Source of the DNA: Candidatus Poribacteria bacterium
GTDB taxonomy: Bacteria > Poribacteria > WGA-4E > WGA-3G
Reading direction: 5' to 3'
Assembly: GCA_965220065.1 (NCBI GenBank)
Contig: OZ244804.1
Span: 4,554,431 to 4,618,430, forward strand
DNA: 64,000 nt
The stretch's first letter is position 1. Each line of letters opens with the position of its first letter. Of this stretch, positions 9,057 through 19,308 are shown in pieces. The notes under the pieces are model-generated. The model was not told the origin of the DNA. It saw nothing but the letters and a program-made list of their open reading frames with translations, and ran no database searches. The position numbers and the translations under genes are program-made.

Positions 9057-9544
9057 TAATCAAAAAAGGCCACTCCGTATGATACACGCTTTCGTGACAG
9101 ACTGCCTCTGCCGAGAGGTTCCCGATCGAACGTAGTAAATACGCATCCGATACACTGTTTTCATTTTGAAGGATCGCGTTGCCAATATCTATAGGCAGAG
9201 GTCGTTTATGTGCCGCATTTGCAGTTGTAGCACGTAGAATTCAAAGACCGCACCATTTGATATGGGATCTTCCCTTCCCCTGTTGTTAAAGACGCAATTT
9301 TTTTATTAAAAGTCTGCACTAATTTAACGAATACCAATTCTGATTGATGACTTCTTTTAAAGAGCGTTTCCTGTTTTCGGAGCATGTCCGGTGCGGTTAG
9401 GGGATTTAGTCTGGGGAGAGACTGGATTTAGTCTGGGAATAGACTAAATCCGTTCCTTGTATTACATTCCGCACCTACCGGGCCTGAGTAGATAGTGTGG
9501 TTGAAGTAGCATTCGTAACTCTCAAACGAGCCGTTAAAGATAGA

Positions 9545-9581
9545 AGGGTGGAAGTCCTCTAACTTCCACCCTACTTTTTTG
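9545..9581. terminator. Rho-independent terminator-like hairpin, possibly bidirectional, downstream of gene 9601..13662.
   Basis: agggtggaagt-cctcta-acttccaccct is a perfect 11-bp stem, followed by ACTTTTTTG on the plus strand and preceded by a T-rich tract on the minus strand. Lies 20..56 bp past the stop of the minus-strand gene. Confidence 0.55.
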
Positions 9582-9600
9582 TAACCTTACCAATGCCTTT

Positions 9601-12600
9601 CTATTTCCGTATCAGCATCTTCCGCGTTGCCGTGAAATCACCCGCAGTGAGCGTGTAGAAGTAGAGACCACTCGCTACGGACTCACCTATGTCGTTTCTG
9701 CCATCCCAATAGGCGGCGCGACTCCGACCTGTATAATAGCCTTCATGCTGGTGTCCGAGATTCAGTTGGTGGACGATGGTCCCCCGCATGTCATAGATAG
9801 TGATTGTCACCTCACTGGAGTTTGCCAAGTGATACGGTATCCATGTCTCTGGATTGAACGGATTTGGATAGTTCGGAAGCAGTGCTGTCTCTTTTGGAAT
9901 CAACACCACTAAAAGGCTTTGAAGGAAAGCAATACCCTCTCGGAAGGCAATAGAACCGTCATCTTCAATTTGTGCCTGTTCGATCCATGCCTGTATCATC
10001 GCAGGGTTCAATTCGTCCATGCTATTCATAGCAAGAATAGAAGGCGAAGCTGAAGCTGTTGATTCACCCATGTGCTGAGAGACAAGAATGAGATCCAGGA
10101 CATTGATGACTCCATCACCATTTAGGTCAACTTCCGAGTTAGCAGACGCAGTTTTTCCGAAATTCCGAGCAACAAGCACCAAATCCAGAATGCTCACCTG
10201 ACCGTCCCGGTTCACATCTCCAGTCGTGAGTCGTCCCGCTACGGTAATGACGACCTCATGTGATTCTGCAGTGATGGAATTACCGGTAATAGAAGCGAGT
10301 TGAAAGTTATCGAGTCTCAATCGCGTGTGTCCTGCTGATTTTGCTGTAAATGTTACTGACAACAGGGCACCCGTGCCACTGACCCCGGTTTCACTGAGTC
10401 TTGCTGAACTGAGACCTGCAATCTTACCCGACCGATTCTGAATCGTTCCCCTTTGAAAGAAGGTCGCTCCGCCTTGTGTTTTCAGGAAATTCCCTTCGTT
10501 TACCTCAACGGCTTCAAGCATAGTGTGGTCAAAGGCAATATCAAATTGCCATCCCCCTAAATTGTGGATATTTTCTACGTTGAGGTCGAGAGTAAATGTA
10601 TCACCGAGATAGATGAGGGGTTTAGAGAAAGTGTATCCAATACGGGGATCTACGGATACCGAATACTCCGTGCCTTCTTCAAAACTGAAATAACCGCTCC
10701 AACCGCCATCAAATTCATAAACACCCACTAATAAAAAATTTACCCCTTGTTTCAGCGTGACGGGAAAAGCCCTTGGAACCCCGCGGAAAGTGCCATCCAC
10801 TTTCTGTCCATTGAGCCAGGCCTTGCCCACATTATCAGCCTCAGCAAATAAGAATATATCCTGCTCCCGGGGCGAAATCACACGAACTGAACCATAGGCA
10901 ATATGGTTGTTTATATCGCCTTTTCCCAGTCCAGTGGCGTTTGCCATGTCATTCATATTATTATCTGTCGAGGATATTTTGTGAGATTTCCATACACTGC
11001 TTCCAACAAGCGCGCCTTTGGTTGCACCATGGGTCGCAATTTTTAACTCCGTTACCTCACCGCTACTCATCTCTGCAAGAAAATCTGTATCCAGTGACCT
11101 ACCCTCTGTTGGTGTAATTACCCATAACCACGGTCCCTCTATTTTCGGACCTTCCTTTACTGAGGACCCTGGGTTGAATAAGTCAAAAATCTTTGTCGTC
11201 TCAGGCAAGTCATCTAAGGGTGAGAAGTCGGATATATTGTTGTTCTCAAGATCTATCCATTTAAGATTTGTTAACCCGGATAACGGGGATATATCAGATA
11301 TATTGCATTCTCTGAGATTCAGCCATTCGAGGGTGGTTAACCCTGCCAAAGGGGATATATCCGAAAGCCGTCCATTCGCGGCAACACTCAGATGCGTCAA
11401 ATTCGTCAAGTTCGCCAAGGTTGAAAGGTCTGTATCCGACACACCGCAGAAATTTAGATAGAGTTCTTTCAAATTTTTGGCATCCTTCAGCACAGATATA
11501 TCTGGATCTCCACCACATATATCTATATTCCAAAGGTTCGGAAGTTTCATCAGGGGTGATAGGTCAGATAAGAAATTGTTCCAAGACTTAAAATATTCCA
11601 GGTTTTTTAATTCTTCCAGAGGTGAAAGATCGGATATTTTGTTGTTACCTATGTTGATCTTCGCCAAGTTTGTCAATCCTGCCACAGGTGAGAGATCTGA
11701 AACCGAATTATGACCAATATCTAAGGCCCATAAGTTATGTAGTCCAGCAATCGGCGACAGGTCAGAAATGTGCTTGTTACCCTTAAGCCATAGATCTCGC
11801 ATATTTGTTGCAAACTCAAGTCCTGTTAAATCGCGGATGCCTTTGGCATCCGCAAGTGTCTCAAAAGTTTCCAAAGTTGCCATCTCGTCTGCTGTGATCG
11901 TGGCCCCCGGTGCTTTGCCGAGTACTTCTTCAATGACCGCCCGCAGGTTCGGATCAGGAATGTAGACAGATTCTCCAGGGATGCGTTCCGTCCGAGAATC
12001 AACTGACGCTCCACCACTTTTCGATGGGAAATCCAGCGCAAACACGATTTCACTAAACCGATCTGTCCATGTGTCCCGTTTCATTGTGTCGTTCTCTAAC
12101 ACCAATAAGCCTAAATTCTGTAAACTCGCGTTCGCACGAATCTTTTGGAGAAACGTCTCGGTTTCCAAACCGACAGCGGCGGCAGCATACGCCACATCAA
12201 GCGGTCTTTGGAATGCCTCATGGAACCGTTGGACCGGTTCAATCCCACCAAAGACACCCCCCGTTGCTTCAAGTGCCTTCCGATAACGGGCGGTATCCTC
12301 CGCCACAAGCGTATCCATCGTTCCCTTGTCTGTATAGAGTTGCAACGCTCTGTCCTTGTTAAAAGGTGGATTCGCGTTGCGTTGAATAACACCCCGAACC
12401 GTATCTTGAAAATCTTTCATCCCTTCGGTGTGGCATCCAATACAAGACAATCCGTTGCGGACGGTCGGGTCGCTCGCCGCCGGATTGGAAACAATGTTTA
12501 TCGGTGCCGCATCAAGTCGTCTACCGCCGGCATCCGCGAGGTAGTACGCCTGCAAACCGTTGGGCAGGTTGAAGATTATTTCACCCCCATCATGTGTGAA

Positions 12601-13662
12601 AGACAGCGGATGCGTAAAGATGTTCTGTGTCCCGACACTCCCCGCAAAGTCATAACTTTTCCAATACGCCCCGTATCGAGAATCATGACGTTCCACAACG
12701 CGATTGTGATTCGACACACCGGAATCGTTGAAACCCGCACGCCAAACACGTAATCCCGCTGCGTTGCGAATATTTTCGACCACATTCACCTCAAGCCGTG
12801 CCTCTAATTCCCTATCGGTTTCTGGAAGGTCTAAGATGTCATGATAGAGTGGCGGTAAGGAGGCAGTCGCAAGAAACCAATCCACATGAACCAATGGCAC
12901 CTCACAATCCATCGCTTCGCGCAGATTCATTAGTTTTTCACGGAGTGCTGTCTGCGTTGGCGCGTTGAATTCAATCTTGTATGGATATTCCGCCTCAATC
13001 AACGTCCACCGATTGGTTCCGATCTCCCATTCGTAGTTTCGGAGGTCGATATAGAAGATCGTTTCTTTCGGATCAATGGATCGTGGGTTAATAACCTTAC
13101 GCCCCCAAGAGAGACTGTTCACGAGTTTCGAGAGTGCCCGTTGATAGGCGCGGAGTGTCTCAGTCGTCTCACCGGCGTTATAGAGATGTGTCATCGTAAA
13201 ATAGCGGGCGAAGGCACGGTCAAACGGTGCGAGTGAGTTCACATGCTCCTCAATCGTGTCAAGCATCGCCTTGGGTGTAATGAAGGCGGTGTCTCGTTCT
13301 GGCATCTGCCAATCCGGTGCGCCCCTTTGAATCCAATTCCCAATCGTCAGAATTGCGGCGGGAGGCAGTTGGGGTTGACCCAACGGCATCCGTTTTGCCG
13401 GATCGTTTGTGAGGAGTCGCTTATAGAGTTCAGATTCTATCGGTTTCCTCGGAACGACTGTGCCTGTTTCGATGAGTGCCGTATGCTCAATGATGATTTC
13501 CTCAGTAAACGCCCCATGTTCTCCATGGCAGTTGAGGCAGTTTTGCTCAAAGATCGCATACGCCTGTTGTGCAAGATTCTGCTGTGCATCAACACTGTGA
13601 GAGTTGCCCAGAATGAGGGTCAACAGCGAAATAAATATAATAAAAATTTTCCAGTTTTTCAT
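9601..13662 (-). CDS. Giant secreted multidomain protein (copy 3), same architecture as 2661..6686: cytochrome c, LRR, cohesin, dockerin, T9SS CTD.
   Basis: N-term MKNWKIFIIFISLLTLILGNSHSVDA. CLNCHGEHG and CIGCH. LRRs. WQFDIAFDHTMLEAVEVNEGNF cohesin. DVNRDGQVSILDLVLVARNFGK...DLNGDGVINVLDLILV dockerin. LLPNYPNPFNPETWIPY... CTD ending MLIRK. Long stretches nucleotide-identical to copy 2 (e.g. approx 9700-9820 vs approx 2760-2880). Confidence 0.8.
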   Translation of the reverse strand: MKNWKIFIIFISLLTLILGNSHSVDAQQNLAQQAYAIFEQNCLNCHGEHGAFTEEIIIEHTALIETGTVVPRKPIESELYKRLLTNDPAKRMPLGQPQLPPAAILTIGNWIQRGAPDWQMPERDTAFITPKAMLDTIEEHVNSLAPFDRAFARYFTMTHLYNAGETTETLRAYQRALSKLVNSLSWGRKVINPRSIDPKETIFYIDLRNYEWEIGTNRWTLIEAEYPYKIEFNAPTQTALREKLMNLREAMDCEVPLVHVDWFLATASLPPLYHDILDLPETDRELEARLEVNVVENIRNAAGLRVWRAGFNDSGVSNHNRVVERHDSRYGAYWKSYDFAGSVGTQNIFTHPLSFTHDGGEIIFNLPNGLQAYYLADAGGRRLDAAPINIVSNPAASDPTVRNGLSCIGCHTEGMKDFQDTVRGVIQRNANPPFNKDRALQLYTDKGTMDTLVAEDTARYRKALEATGGVFGGIEPVQRFHEAFQRPLDVAYAAAAVGLETETFLQKIRANASLQNLGLLVLENDTMKRDTWTDRFSEIVFALDFPSKSGGASVDSRTERIPGESVYIPDPNLRAVIEEVLGKAPGATITADEMATLETFETLADAKGIRDLTGLEFATNMRDLWLKGNKHISDLSPIAGLHNLWALDIGHNSVSDLSPVAGLTNLAKINIGNNKISDLSPLEELKNLEYFKSWNNFLSDLSPLMKLPNLWNIDICGGDPDISVLKDAKNLKELYLNFCGVSDTDLSTLANLTNLTHLSVAANGRLSDISPLAGLTTLEWLNLRECNISDISPLSGLTNLKWIDLENNNISDFSPLDDLPETTKIFDLFNPGSSVKEGPKIEGPWLWVITPTEGRSLDTDFLAEMSSGEVTELKIATHGATKGALVGSSVWKSHKISSTDNNMNDMANATGLGKGDINNHIAYGSVRVISPREQDIFLFAEADNVGKAWLNGQKVDGTFRGVPRAFPVTLKQGVNFLLVGVYEFDGGWSGYFSFEEGTEYSVSVDPRIGYTFSKPLIYLGDTFTLDLNVENIHNLGGWQFDIAFDHTMLEAVEVNEGNFLKTQGGATFFQRGTIQNRSGKIAGLSSARLSETGVSGTGALLSVTFTAKSAGHTRLRLDNFQLASITGNSITAESHEVVITVAGRLTTGDVNRDGQVSILDLVLVARNFGKTASANSEVDLNGDGVINVLDLILVSQHMGESTASASPSILAMNSMDELNPAMIQAWIEQAQIEDDGSIAFREGIAFLQSLLVVLIPKETALLPNYPNPFNPETWIPYHLANSSEVTITIYDMRGTIVHQLNLGHQHEGYYTGRSRAAYWDGRNDIGESVASGLYFYTLTAGDFTATRKMLIRK

Positions 13663-13698
13663 GTATTTTCCTCTTGCGTTATTTTATTTCAGGATATG

Positions 13699-15954
13699 CT
13701 ACTCAAAAGCATTGGCGACGGCGACGAGATCCAGAACATTGACTGTTCCATCGCCATTGACATCTGGGGTATCCTTGCCAAAAGCATTTGCGACAGCAAC
13801 GAGGTCAAGGATATTGACAATCCCATCCGCATTGACATCCGTTGTGGGAGGGGTTTCTAAACCCGATTCCGATTTCAGATAGATTTCACCATCTAAATCA
13901 GGTAGAATGTGCAGGGTGTTGCGTAAACTACTTTCTACACCTGTTGCTTGTTCTATTAGGCGAATAACTTGGGGGGCACCACTGCGGTTATAGACCGCCC
14001 AGCCATTGGTGAACTCTCGGATAAACAACCCCTCTCGGTTCTCATAAAGCTGCGCTTTGGTTTCATCGCCACCAACCGGTTGACCGAGAGGAGCATCATA
14101 GAAGTCGTACCAGTACTTCGTGTTTTGGTGAGTGTGCCGCTTGCCCTGTGCATGAAGATCCGTATGACCTGGCCAAAATTCAAAAGGGTGGGCGGGATGG
14201 TCAAGGGCACCTCCCATGGTAAACATGACATAACCATCGGAATGCGTCAAACTCATCGTCGTCCATAGACGCATCCATTGTAGATTTCTCGAGCTATCCA
14301 GCAGTTCGTTCCTCACGCCCCTGCCTGCTAAACAGTTGATTTGAGGTTCTCGAAGGTTTTCTTCAGCCCACGACAGCGTGCTTTCAATTTCGGAAAGTCT
14401 TGCGTAGGTATAACCGCCCTCATAATCTTCATAAGTTTCCATGAAAACGCCATTGATATATTCCGCATGCCTCGGAATAGTTGTACCAATCGTGTTAGTC
14501 GTCGTTACCAGTATCAAGAAATCCTCACCAACAGCATCACGAATCCCTTGTATGATACGATCCTTTGCGGTATTGGCTTCTTCTACGGTTATATATCCTT
14601 CAAGTGCCTTCGCCCAATGATCTATGGCAATTCCGTCGAAAATCCCACACTTTGCAACTTCAATCGCCTGTTGGATAATCCACTCTTGCGCAGCAGGACG
14701 TGTGAAGTCTATTATATATTCATCCCATGTCGGAATTTCTAATATATTTCCCGATTCATCTCTGAGCCAATATGGCAAATCCTCTGGGTATTCGAGGCGA
14801 GACGCAGCATAGTAATGTATGCCTGTCAGGAGAATCAGATTTGGATTCTGAGCGCGCATCCGATCTATTATTTGCATGGAATCCTCAAGGTTTCCTGTTA
14901 ATTTCCAGCCGTCTGGTGTTGAATTCCAAGCCCACCCGAAACTTACAGCGCAGAAAAACAGATCGTGATATGCTATCCCCTCTTCCCTTGAAAGTTTTGG
15001 GAGGTTCACTATATCCCCACATGCTTGAAAAACCGACGGATGCGCCCTATTTTCAATACGAGGCAGTATAGGGGCTCTCTCTATATCGCAAGTAACTAGA
15101 CGGTGTGTCTTTAGTATCTGAAGGACTTCTGAATCTAATGATATACGTCCCAAAGTTAAGACTTCTATCCCGGCAAGCCCATAAATCGGTGTAAAGTCAA
15201 TGATTTTATTTCTGCTGAGATGCAATTCTTTCAGATTCACCAAGCCTTGTAGCGGTGATATATCTGCTATCTGATTACTTTCAAGTGCCAATCCTTTTAA
15301 GTTGACGAGTCCAGTGAGTGATGAAATATCTTCTATCTGATTTGCTTCAAGTTGCAATTCTTTCAGGTTCACCAAGCCTTGTAGCGGTGATATATCCGTC
15401 AGAAGATTGGCGTTCAGTTCAAGAACCTGTAGTCCCACAAGTCCCGCGAGTGGTGAAATATCTGCTATCTGGTTACGTCCCAATACCAAAACTTCCAGAT
15501 TTATCAAACCTGCAAAGGGCGTTATATCCGAAATTCGATTCTCATACAACTTTAAAACCCGTAAGTTCTCAAGCCCCACGAGCGGTGTTAAATCCGACAC
15601 TTGACTTTTAATAATAGACAAGGATTCTAAGTTCTCAAGTCCCGCAAGTGGCGTTAAATCTGAGACTTCACTTCTGTCAATAACCAAAACTTTAAGATTC
15701 ACGGCATGCTCAAGTCCTTTTAAACTCCTAATATCGGGTTCTATTTTTATTAAGAGAAGATTTTGTAATCTTGCCATGTCGCCAGGGTGTATCGGTATTG
15801 TGTCCGGAACTGCGAGTTCTTCACGGATAGCTTGCTGTAGATTCGGGTCAGGCATCCAGTCTTCTTTGTCTTGGGCGTGTGTGATGTCTCCGAGTGAGGT
15901 AATTAGTAGCAATCCGATCAACATAACTGTAGATATGAATCCATTGATTTTCAT
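13699..15954 (-). CDS. Secreted LRR + GHL-domain protein with C-terminal dockerin pair. True start is the MKINGF signal peptide; the ORF-track extension to 16350 is spurious.
   Basis: MKINGFISTVMLIGLLLITSLGDITHAQ signal peptide, matching the start of gene 19309..21546. Reverse complement of CAT at 15952..15954. LRRs VSDLTPLAGLENL. GHL domain. C-term DVNADGIVNILDLVAVANAFGKDTPDVNGDGTVNVLDLVAVANAFE. Only 36 bp from the upstream gene, so probably co-transcribed. Confidence 0.75.
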   Translation of the reverse strand: MKINGFISTVMLIGLLLITSLGDITHAQDKEDWMPDPNLQQAIREELAVPDTIPIHPGDMARLQNLLLIKIEPDIRSLKGLEHAVNLKVLVIDRSEVSDLTPLAGLENLESLSIIKSQVSDLTPLVGLENLRVLKLYENRISDITPFAGLINLEVLVLGRNQIADISPLAGLVGLQVLELNANLLTDISPLQGLVNLKELQLEANQIEDISSLTGLVNLKGLALESNQIADISPLQGLVNLKELHLSRNKIIDFTPIYGLAGIEVLTLGRISLDSEVLQILKTHRLVTCDIERAPILPRIENRAHPSVFQACGDIVNLPKLSREEGIAYHDLFFCAVSFGWAWNSTPDGWKLTGNLEDSMQIIDRMRAQNPNLILLTGIHYYAASRLEYPEDLPYWLRDESGNILEIPTWDEYIIDFTRPAAQEWIIQQAIEVAKCGIFDGIAIDHWAKALEGYITVEEANTAKDRIIQGIRDAVGEDFLILVTTTNTIGTTIPRHAEYINGVFMETYEDYEGGYTYARLSEIESTLSWAEENLREPQINCLAGRGVRNELLDSSRNLQWMRLWTTMSLTHSDGYVMFTMGGALDHPAHPFEFWPGHTDLHAQGKRHTHQNTKYWYDFYDAPLGQPVGGDETKAQLYENREGLFIREFTNGWAVYNRSGAPQVIRLIEQATGVESSLRNTLHILPDLDGEIYLKSESGLETPPTTDVNADGIVNILDLVAVANAFGKDTPDVNGDGTVNVLDLVAVANAFE

Positions 15955-16241
15955 AAGGCGTATTCTCCTTCTATTAGATAGTAGAAATTGGTTTGTTTTT
16001 CTGGTGTTAGAACTATTTGGGATGGCAACAAGGTCCAAAATGTTGACGCTTTCATCGCTATTGACATCTGCAGGCGATGTGCTTATTTTATAAAAATCTC
16101 GCCGTCTAAATCCGGGATGGTGTGTGATGTGCTGCTGATACGACTCGCAACACCTGTGGCTTGGATCGGCAACTGGATCTGCTATTCTTTGCCGCTGCGA
16201 TTGCAGACCACCCGTCCGAGTTATCATAAGGTCATTTGATA
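15955..16241 (-). pseudogene. Untranslated fossil of a GHL-domain 3' end plus one dockerin repeat, between the T9SS-CTD gene 16242..19211 and gene 13699..15954.
   Basis: Nucleotide homology to the 3' ends of genes 6840.., 13699.. and 21678.. (ttataaaaatctcgccgtctaaatccggg...). Translation gives a remnant like AVYNRSGKE*QIQLP...IPDLDGEIFIK with an internal stop, then FYKISTSPADVNSDESVNILDLVAI (decayed dockerin). Plus-strand ORF 15988..16239 is its shadow. Confidence 0.6.
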
Positions 16242-19211
16242 CTATTTTACGATAACCATTCTCCGCGAATACGATAAACCATCCGCCTGGAGTTGGTAGA
16301 AATAGACACCACTGGCGACGCGTTCGCCGACAGCATTTCTGCCATCCCAATAGGCGGCACGACCCTGACTCGTGTAGTAGCCTTCATGTTGATGTCCGAG
16401 ATTCAGTTGTCGGACAAGGGTACCCCGCATGTCATAGATAGTGATTGTCACCTCACTGGGGTTTGCCAAGTGATAAGGTATCCATGTCTCTGGATTGAAC
16501 GGATTCGGGTAGTTGGCAAGCAACTGCGTTTGTTCAACAACCGTCGTTATCGCAGCAGGCGCAGCAGCAACACCCATCTCTCCTACAGAATCAATCCCTA
16601 AGCCAAGGTCAGCAAGTTCACCTAACCCTGTAATGACATCTTCGATGTTCTCACCGTTGAGGTCGACACGCCGCAGTTTTTCTTTCTCCGCCCAATAGAG
16701 TTTACCGCCTACCCTATCCACGACAACTTGACCCGGAGACGCCAAACCTGTGATGAAATTCGGCTGAAAGTCGGAACCATTGAGGTTCATGCGTTGAAGT
16801 TTTCCCCATGCGTTGGTTAGGTAAAGTTTCCTGTTTACAGCATCAAGCACCATGCCGCGGGGCACACTCGTTAGTTTCTTGACTAATTGCACATTGGATC
16901 CATCAAGATTGGCACGCTGGATCTTTCCAGTTGTCTTACCGGTTTGCTCCGTCCAATAGAGTTGACGATTCGTTGTATCTAAGACGAGGTTCTGCGGAGA
17001 CTTCAAGTCTGTAACAAGGTTGGGTTGAAAGTTTGATCCATCGAGATTCATACGTTGGATTTTCCCCCAGGCGTTGGTCAAGTAGAGTTTTCCATTTGCC
17101 ATATCAAGTGCGATGTCGAGGGGTGTGCTTGTCAACTCTCTAACGATTTGGATGTTTCTGCCGTCAAGATTTGCGTTTTGGATTTTCCCGGTTCGCTGGC
17201 TTGTTTGTTCCGTCCAATAGAGTTTTCCACCTGCTGCATCCACGGCGAGACGGGTCGTCTTTTGCACACCTACCTTTAGGTTTTCCACTTTATCAGCACT
17301 GAGTCGTTGGAGTGTGCTTGTTTGGGCATCTACCCAATACAGGGGTAGGTATTTTCCGGGTGCGACCTGCGGAATAGTTTTCAGATAAATCTCGCCATCT
17401 AAATCTGCCAACGTATGCCGGCGTTGATTCTCCACACCGCTGTCCCAGCCAGAGACTTTCCGCGGAAGTTCTATCTCCTGTGCCGTGCCAGAGCGGTTAT
17501 ACACCGCCCACCCGTTGGTGAACTCACGGATGAATAAACCGTCAATCGTCTCGCCAGCGCGGTTGATGTAGCGTTGACCTTTCGTTTCATCACCGCCAAC
17601 CGGACGACCAAGTGGTGCCTCAAAGAAATTATCCCAATAGTGCTGCTTTGAGTGAACATGGCGCTCGCCCCGTGCGTGTAAATCTGCATGACCTGGCCAA
17701 AATTCAAAATGATGGACAGGATGGTCAAGGTGGCTACCCATCGTAAATAGGACATAGCCATCTGAATGTGTCAGACTTAGTGTTGTCCATAGGCGCATCC
17801 ATTGAATATTTCGGGGGCTATCAAGTAGTTCGCTCCGAACACCCCTACCTTCCAAACAGTTGATTTGCGGCTCTCGGAGATTTTTTTCTGCCCATAACAG
17901 CGTGCTTTCGAGACGAGCGAGTTCTGCGTGGGTATAACCCCTTTCATGATTTTCAATCGTTTCCATATAAAGTCCATTAATGTATTCTGTATGCTTTGAT
18001 GAAATCTTATCACCAGTAGTTGTTACCAATATCAAAAAATCATCACCAACAGCTTCACGGATACCTTCTATGATACGATCCTTTGCATTCGCAGCGGCTT
18101 CATAGGTTATAGGTCCTATTCCTTCATTAGTCCACTGATCCATGTGAATTCCATCAAAAATTCCACACTTTGCAACTTCGGTAACTTCTTGGATAATCTT
18201 TTCTTGTACAGCAGGATGTGCAAAGTCTATGACATATTGATCCCATGCTTGAAATTTAAATCTCTTTCCCGCAGCATCTCTGAGAAAATATGGCCAATCA
18301 TCTGGATAGTCGTCGAAACCTGCAACATAGTAATCTACACCTGTAAGGAGAATAATATTTGGATTCAGATCGCGTATCTGACGTGCTGATATCCCATCCT
18401 CCTCGGGGTCGCCTATGATTTTCCTACCGTTTGCTGTGTGTGTCCAAGTCCACCCAAATGTTTCACCGCACCTAAATAGGTCGTGATAGGCTATTCCCTC
18501 CACCCACGAGAGTCCTGGCAGGTTGATTATATCCCCACAGGCTTGAACAAATGCAGGATATGTTATATTTTCAAGACGAGAACCTATCGGTTCTCGTGCA
18601 ATTTCACAAACAACTGGACCGTCTACTGGATTCAGTCTCTGCAGGACTTCTGCGTCTAAAGGTATCCCTGATCTTGCCAGACCCAACCGTAATGTTTCTA
18701 TGCCGGTAAGCCCATAAATCGGTGTAAAATCGACGATCTGATTTTCTGCTAAGTCCAATATTTTGAGGTTTACCAACCCTTTAAGCGGCGAAATATCTGA
18801 AATCTGGTTATGTCCCAAGTTCAACTCTTCCAGATCTATCAACCCTGCGAGGGGTGTTATATCCGTAATCCTATTATAACCCAACCCTAAGCCGCGTAAA
18901 TTTTCGAGTCCCGCAAGCGGTGTTAAATCCGACACTTTCGTAAAATTGATGGCTAAGAATTTAAGATTGATGGCGTGTTCCAACCCTTTAAGACTCTGAA
19001 TTTTTTTAAGATCAGCCTTGAATTTACCATCAGCCACAAAGCGATAGAGGCGTTGCATATCCGCAATCGTCAGTGTTTCAATCCCCAACTTCTCCGATAT
19101 GGCGTGGCGGAGGGTCGGATCCGGCATCCAATCCGCTGCGTGCGCCAGCGAGCAGACGATGGAGAAAAAAATCAGTCCCACAAATACAAATCTATGAAGT
19201 TTCATTTTCAA
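16242..19211 (-). CDS. Secreted LRR + GHL-domain + YWTD (LDL-receptor class B) beta-propeller repeats + T9SS type-A C-terminal domain protein.
   Basis: Signal peptide MKMKLHRFVFVGLIFFSIVCSLAHA. LRRs ITDITPLAGLIDLEEL. GHL domain IDFAHPAVQEKIIQEVTEVAKCGIFDGIHMDQW. Repeated GGKLYWTEQT..GKIQRANLDGSN..LYLTNAWGKIQRMNLDGS units (YWTD-type). C-term LLANYPNPFNPETWIPY...YFYQLQADGLSYSRRMVIVK. Confidence 0.8.
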   Translation of the reverse strand: MKMKLHRFVFVGLIFFSIVCSLAHAADWMPDPTLRHAISEKLGIETLTIADMQRLYRFVADGKFKADLKKIQSLKGLEHAINLKFLAINFTKVSDLTPLAGLENLRGLGLGYNRITDITPLAGLIDLEELNLGHNQISDISPLKGLVNLKILDLAENQIVDFTPIYGLTGIETLRLGLARSGIPLDAEVLQRLNPVDGPVVCEIAREPIGSRLENITYPAFVQACGDIINLPGLSWVEGIAYHDLFRCGETFGWTWTHTANGRKIIGDPEEDGISARQIRDLNPNIILLTGVDYYVAGFDDYPDDWPYFLRDAAGKRFKFQAWDQYVIDFAHPAVQEKIIQEVTEVAKCGIFDGIHMDQWTNEGIGPITYEAAANAKDRIIEGIREAVGDDFLILVTTTGDKISSKHTEYINGLYMETIENHERGYTHAELARLESTLLWAEKNLREPQINCLEGRGVRSELLDSPRNIQWMRLWTTLSLTHSDGYVLFTMGSHLDHPVHHFEFWPGHADLHARGERHVHSKQHYWDNFFEAPLGRPVGGDETKGQRYINRAGETIDGLFIREFTNGWAVYNRSGTAQEIELPRKVSGWDSGVENQRRHTLADLDGEIYLKTIPQVAPGKYLPLYWVDAQTSTLQRLSADKVENLKVGVQKTTRLAVDAAGGKLYWTEQTSQRTGKIQNANLDGRNIQIVRELTSTPLDIALDMANGKLYLTNAWGKIQRMNLDGSNFQPNLVTDLKSPQNLVLDTTNRQLYWTEQTGKTTGKIQRANLDGSNVQLVKKLTSVPRGMVLDAVNRKLYLTNAWGKLQRMNLNGSDFQPNFITGLASPGQVVVDRVGGKLYWAEKEKLRRVDLNGENIEDVITGLGELADLGLGIDSVGEMGVAAAPAAITTVVEQTQLLANYPNPFNPETWIPYHLANPSEVTITIYDMRGTLVRQLNLGHQHEGYYTSQGRAAYWDGRNAVGERVASGVYFYQLQADGLSYSRRMVIVK

Positions 19212-19308
19212 CTTTGACTCCTACAATAAGGAAAAGAAGTCCTCCTAATAAGGGGACTTCTGTACTGACCGCTGACGGCTGATAGCCGTCAGCCATCAAC
19301 AGCCATCA

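Noticed and set aside
9403-9451. Perfect 11-bp hairpin ggatttagtct-gggaat-agactaaatcc with adjacent direct repeat gatttagtctgggga.
   Set aside because: It has no T-tract on either side and no second copy in the window, so its function could not be assigned. It is left as an unexplained structure, not a terminator.
13699-16350. Long ORF-track version of gene 13699.. extending to 16350.
   Set aside because: The extension overlaps the upstream gene's 3' end and consists of fossil GHL/dockerin sequence. The signal-peptide Met at 15954 matches the paralog start.
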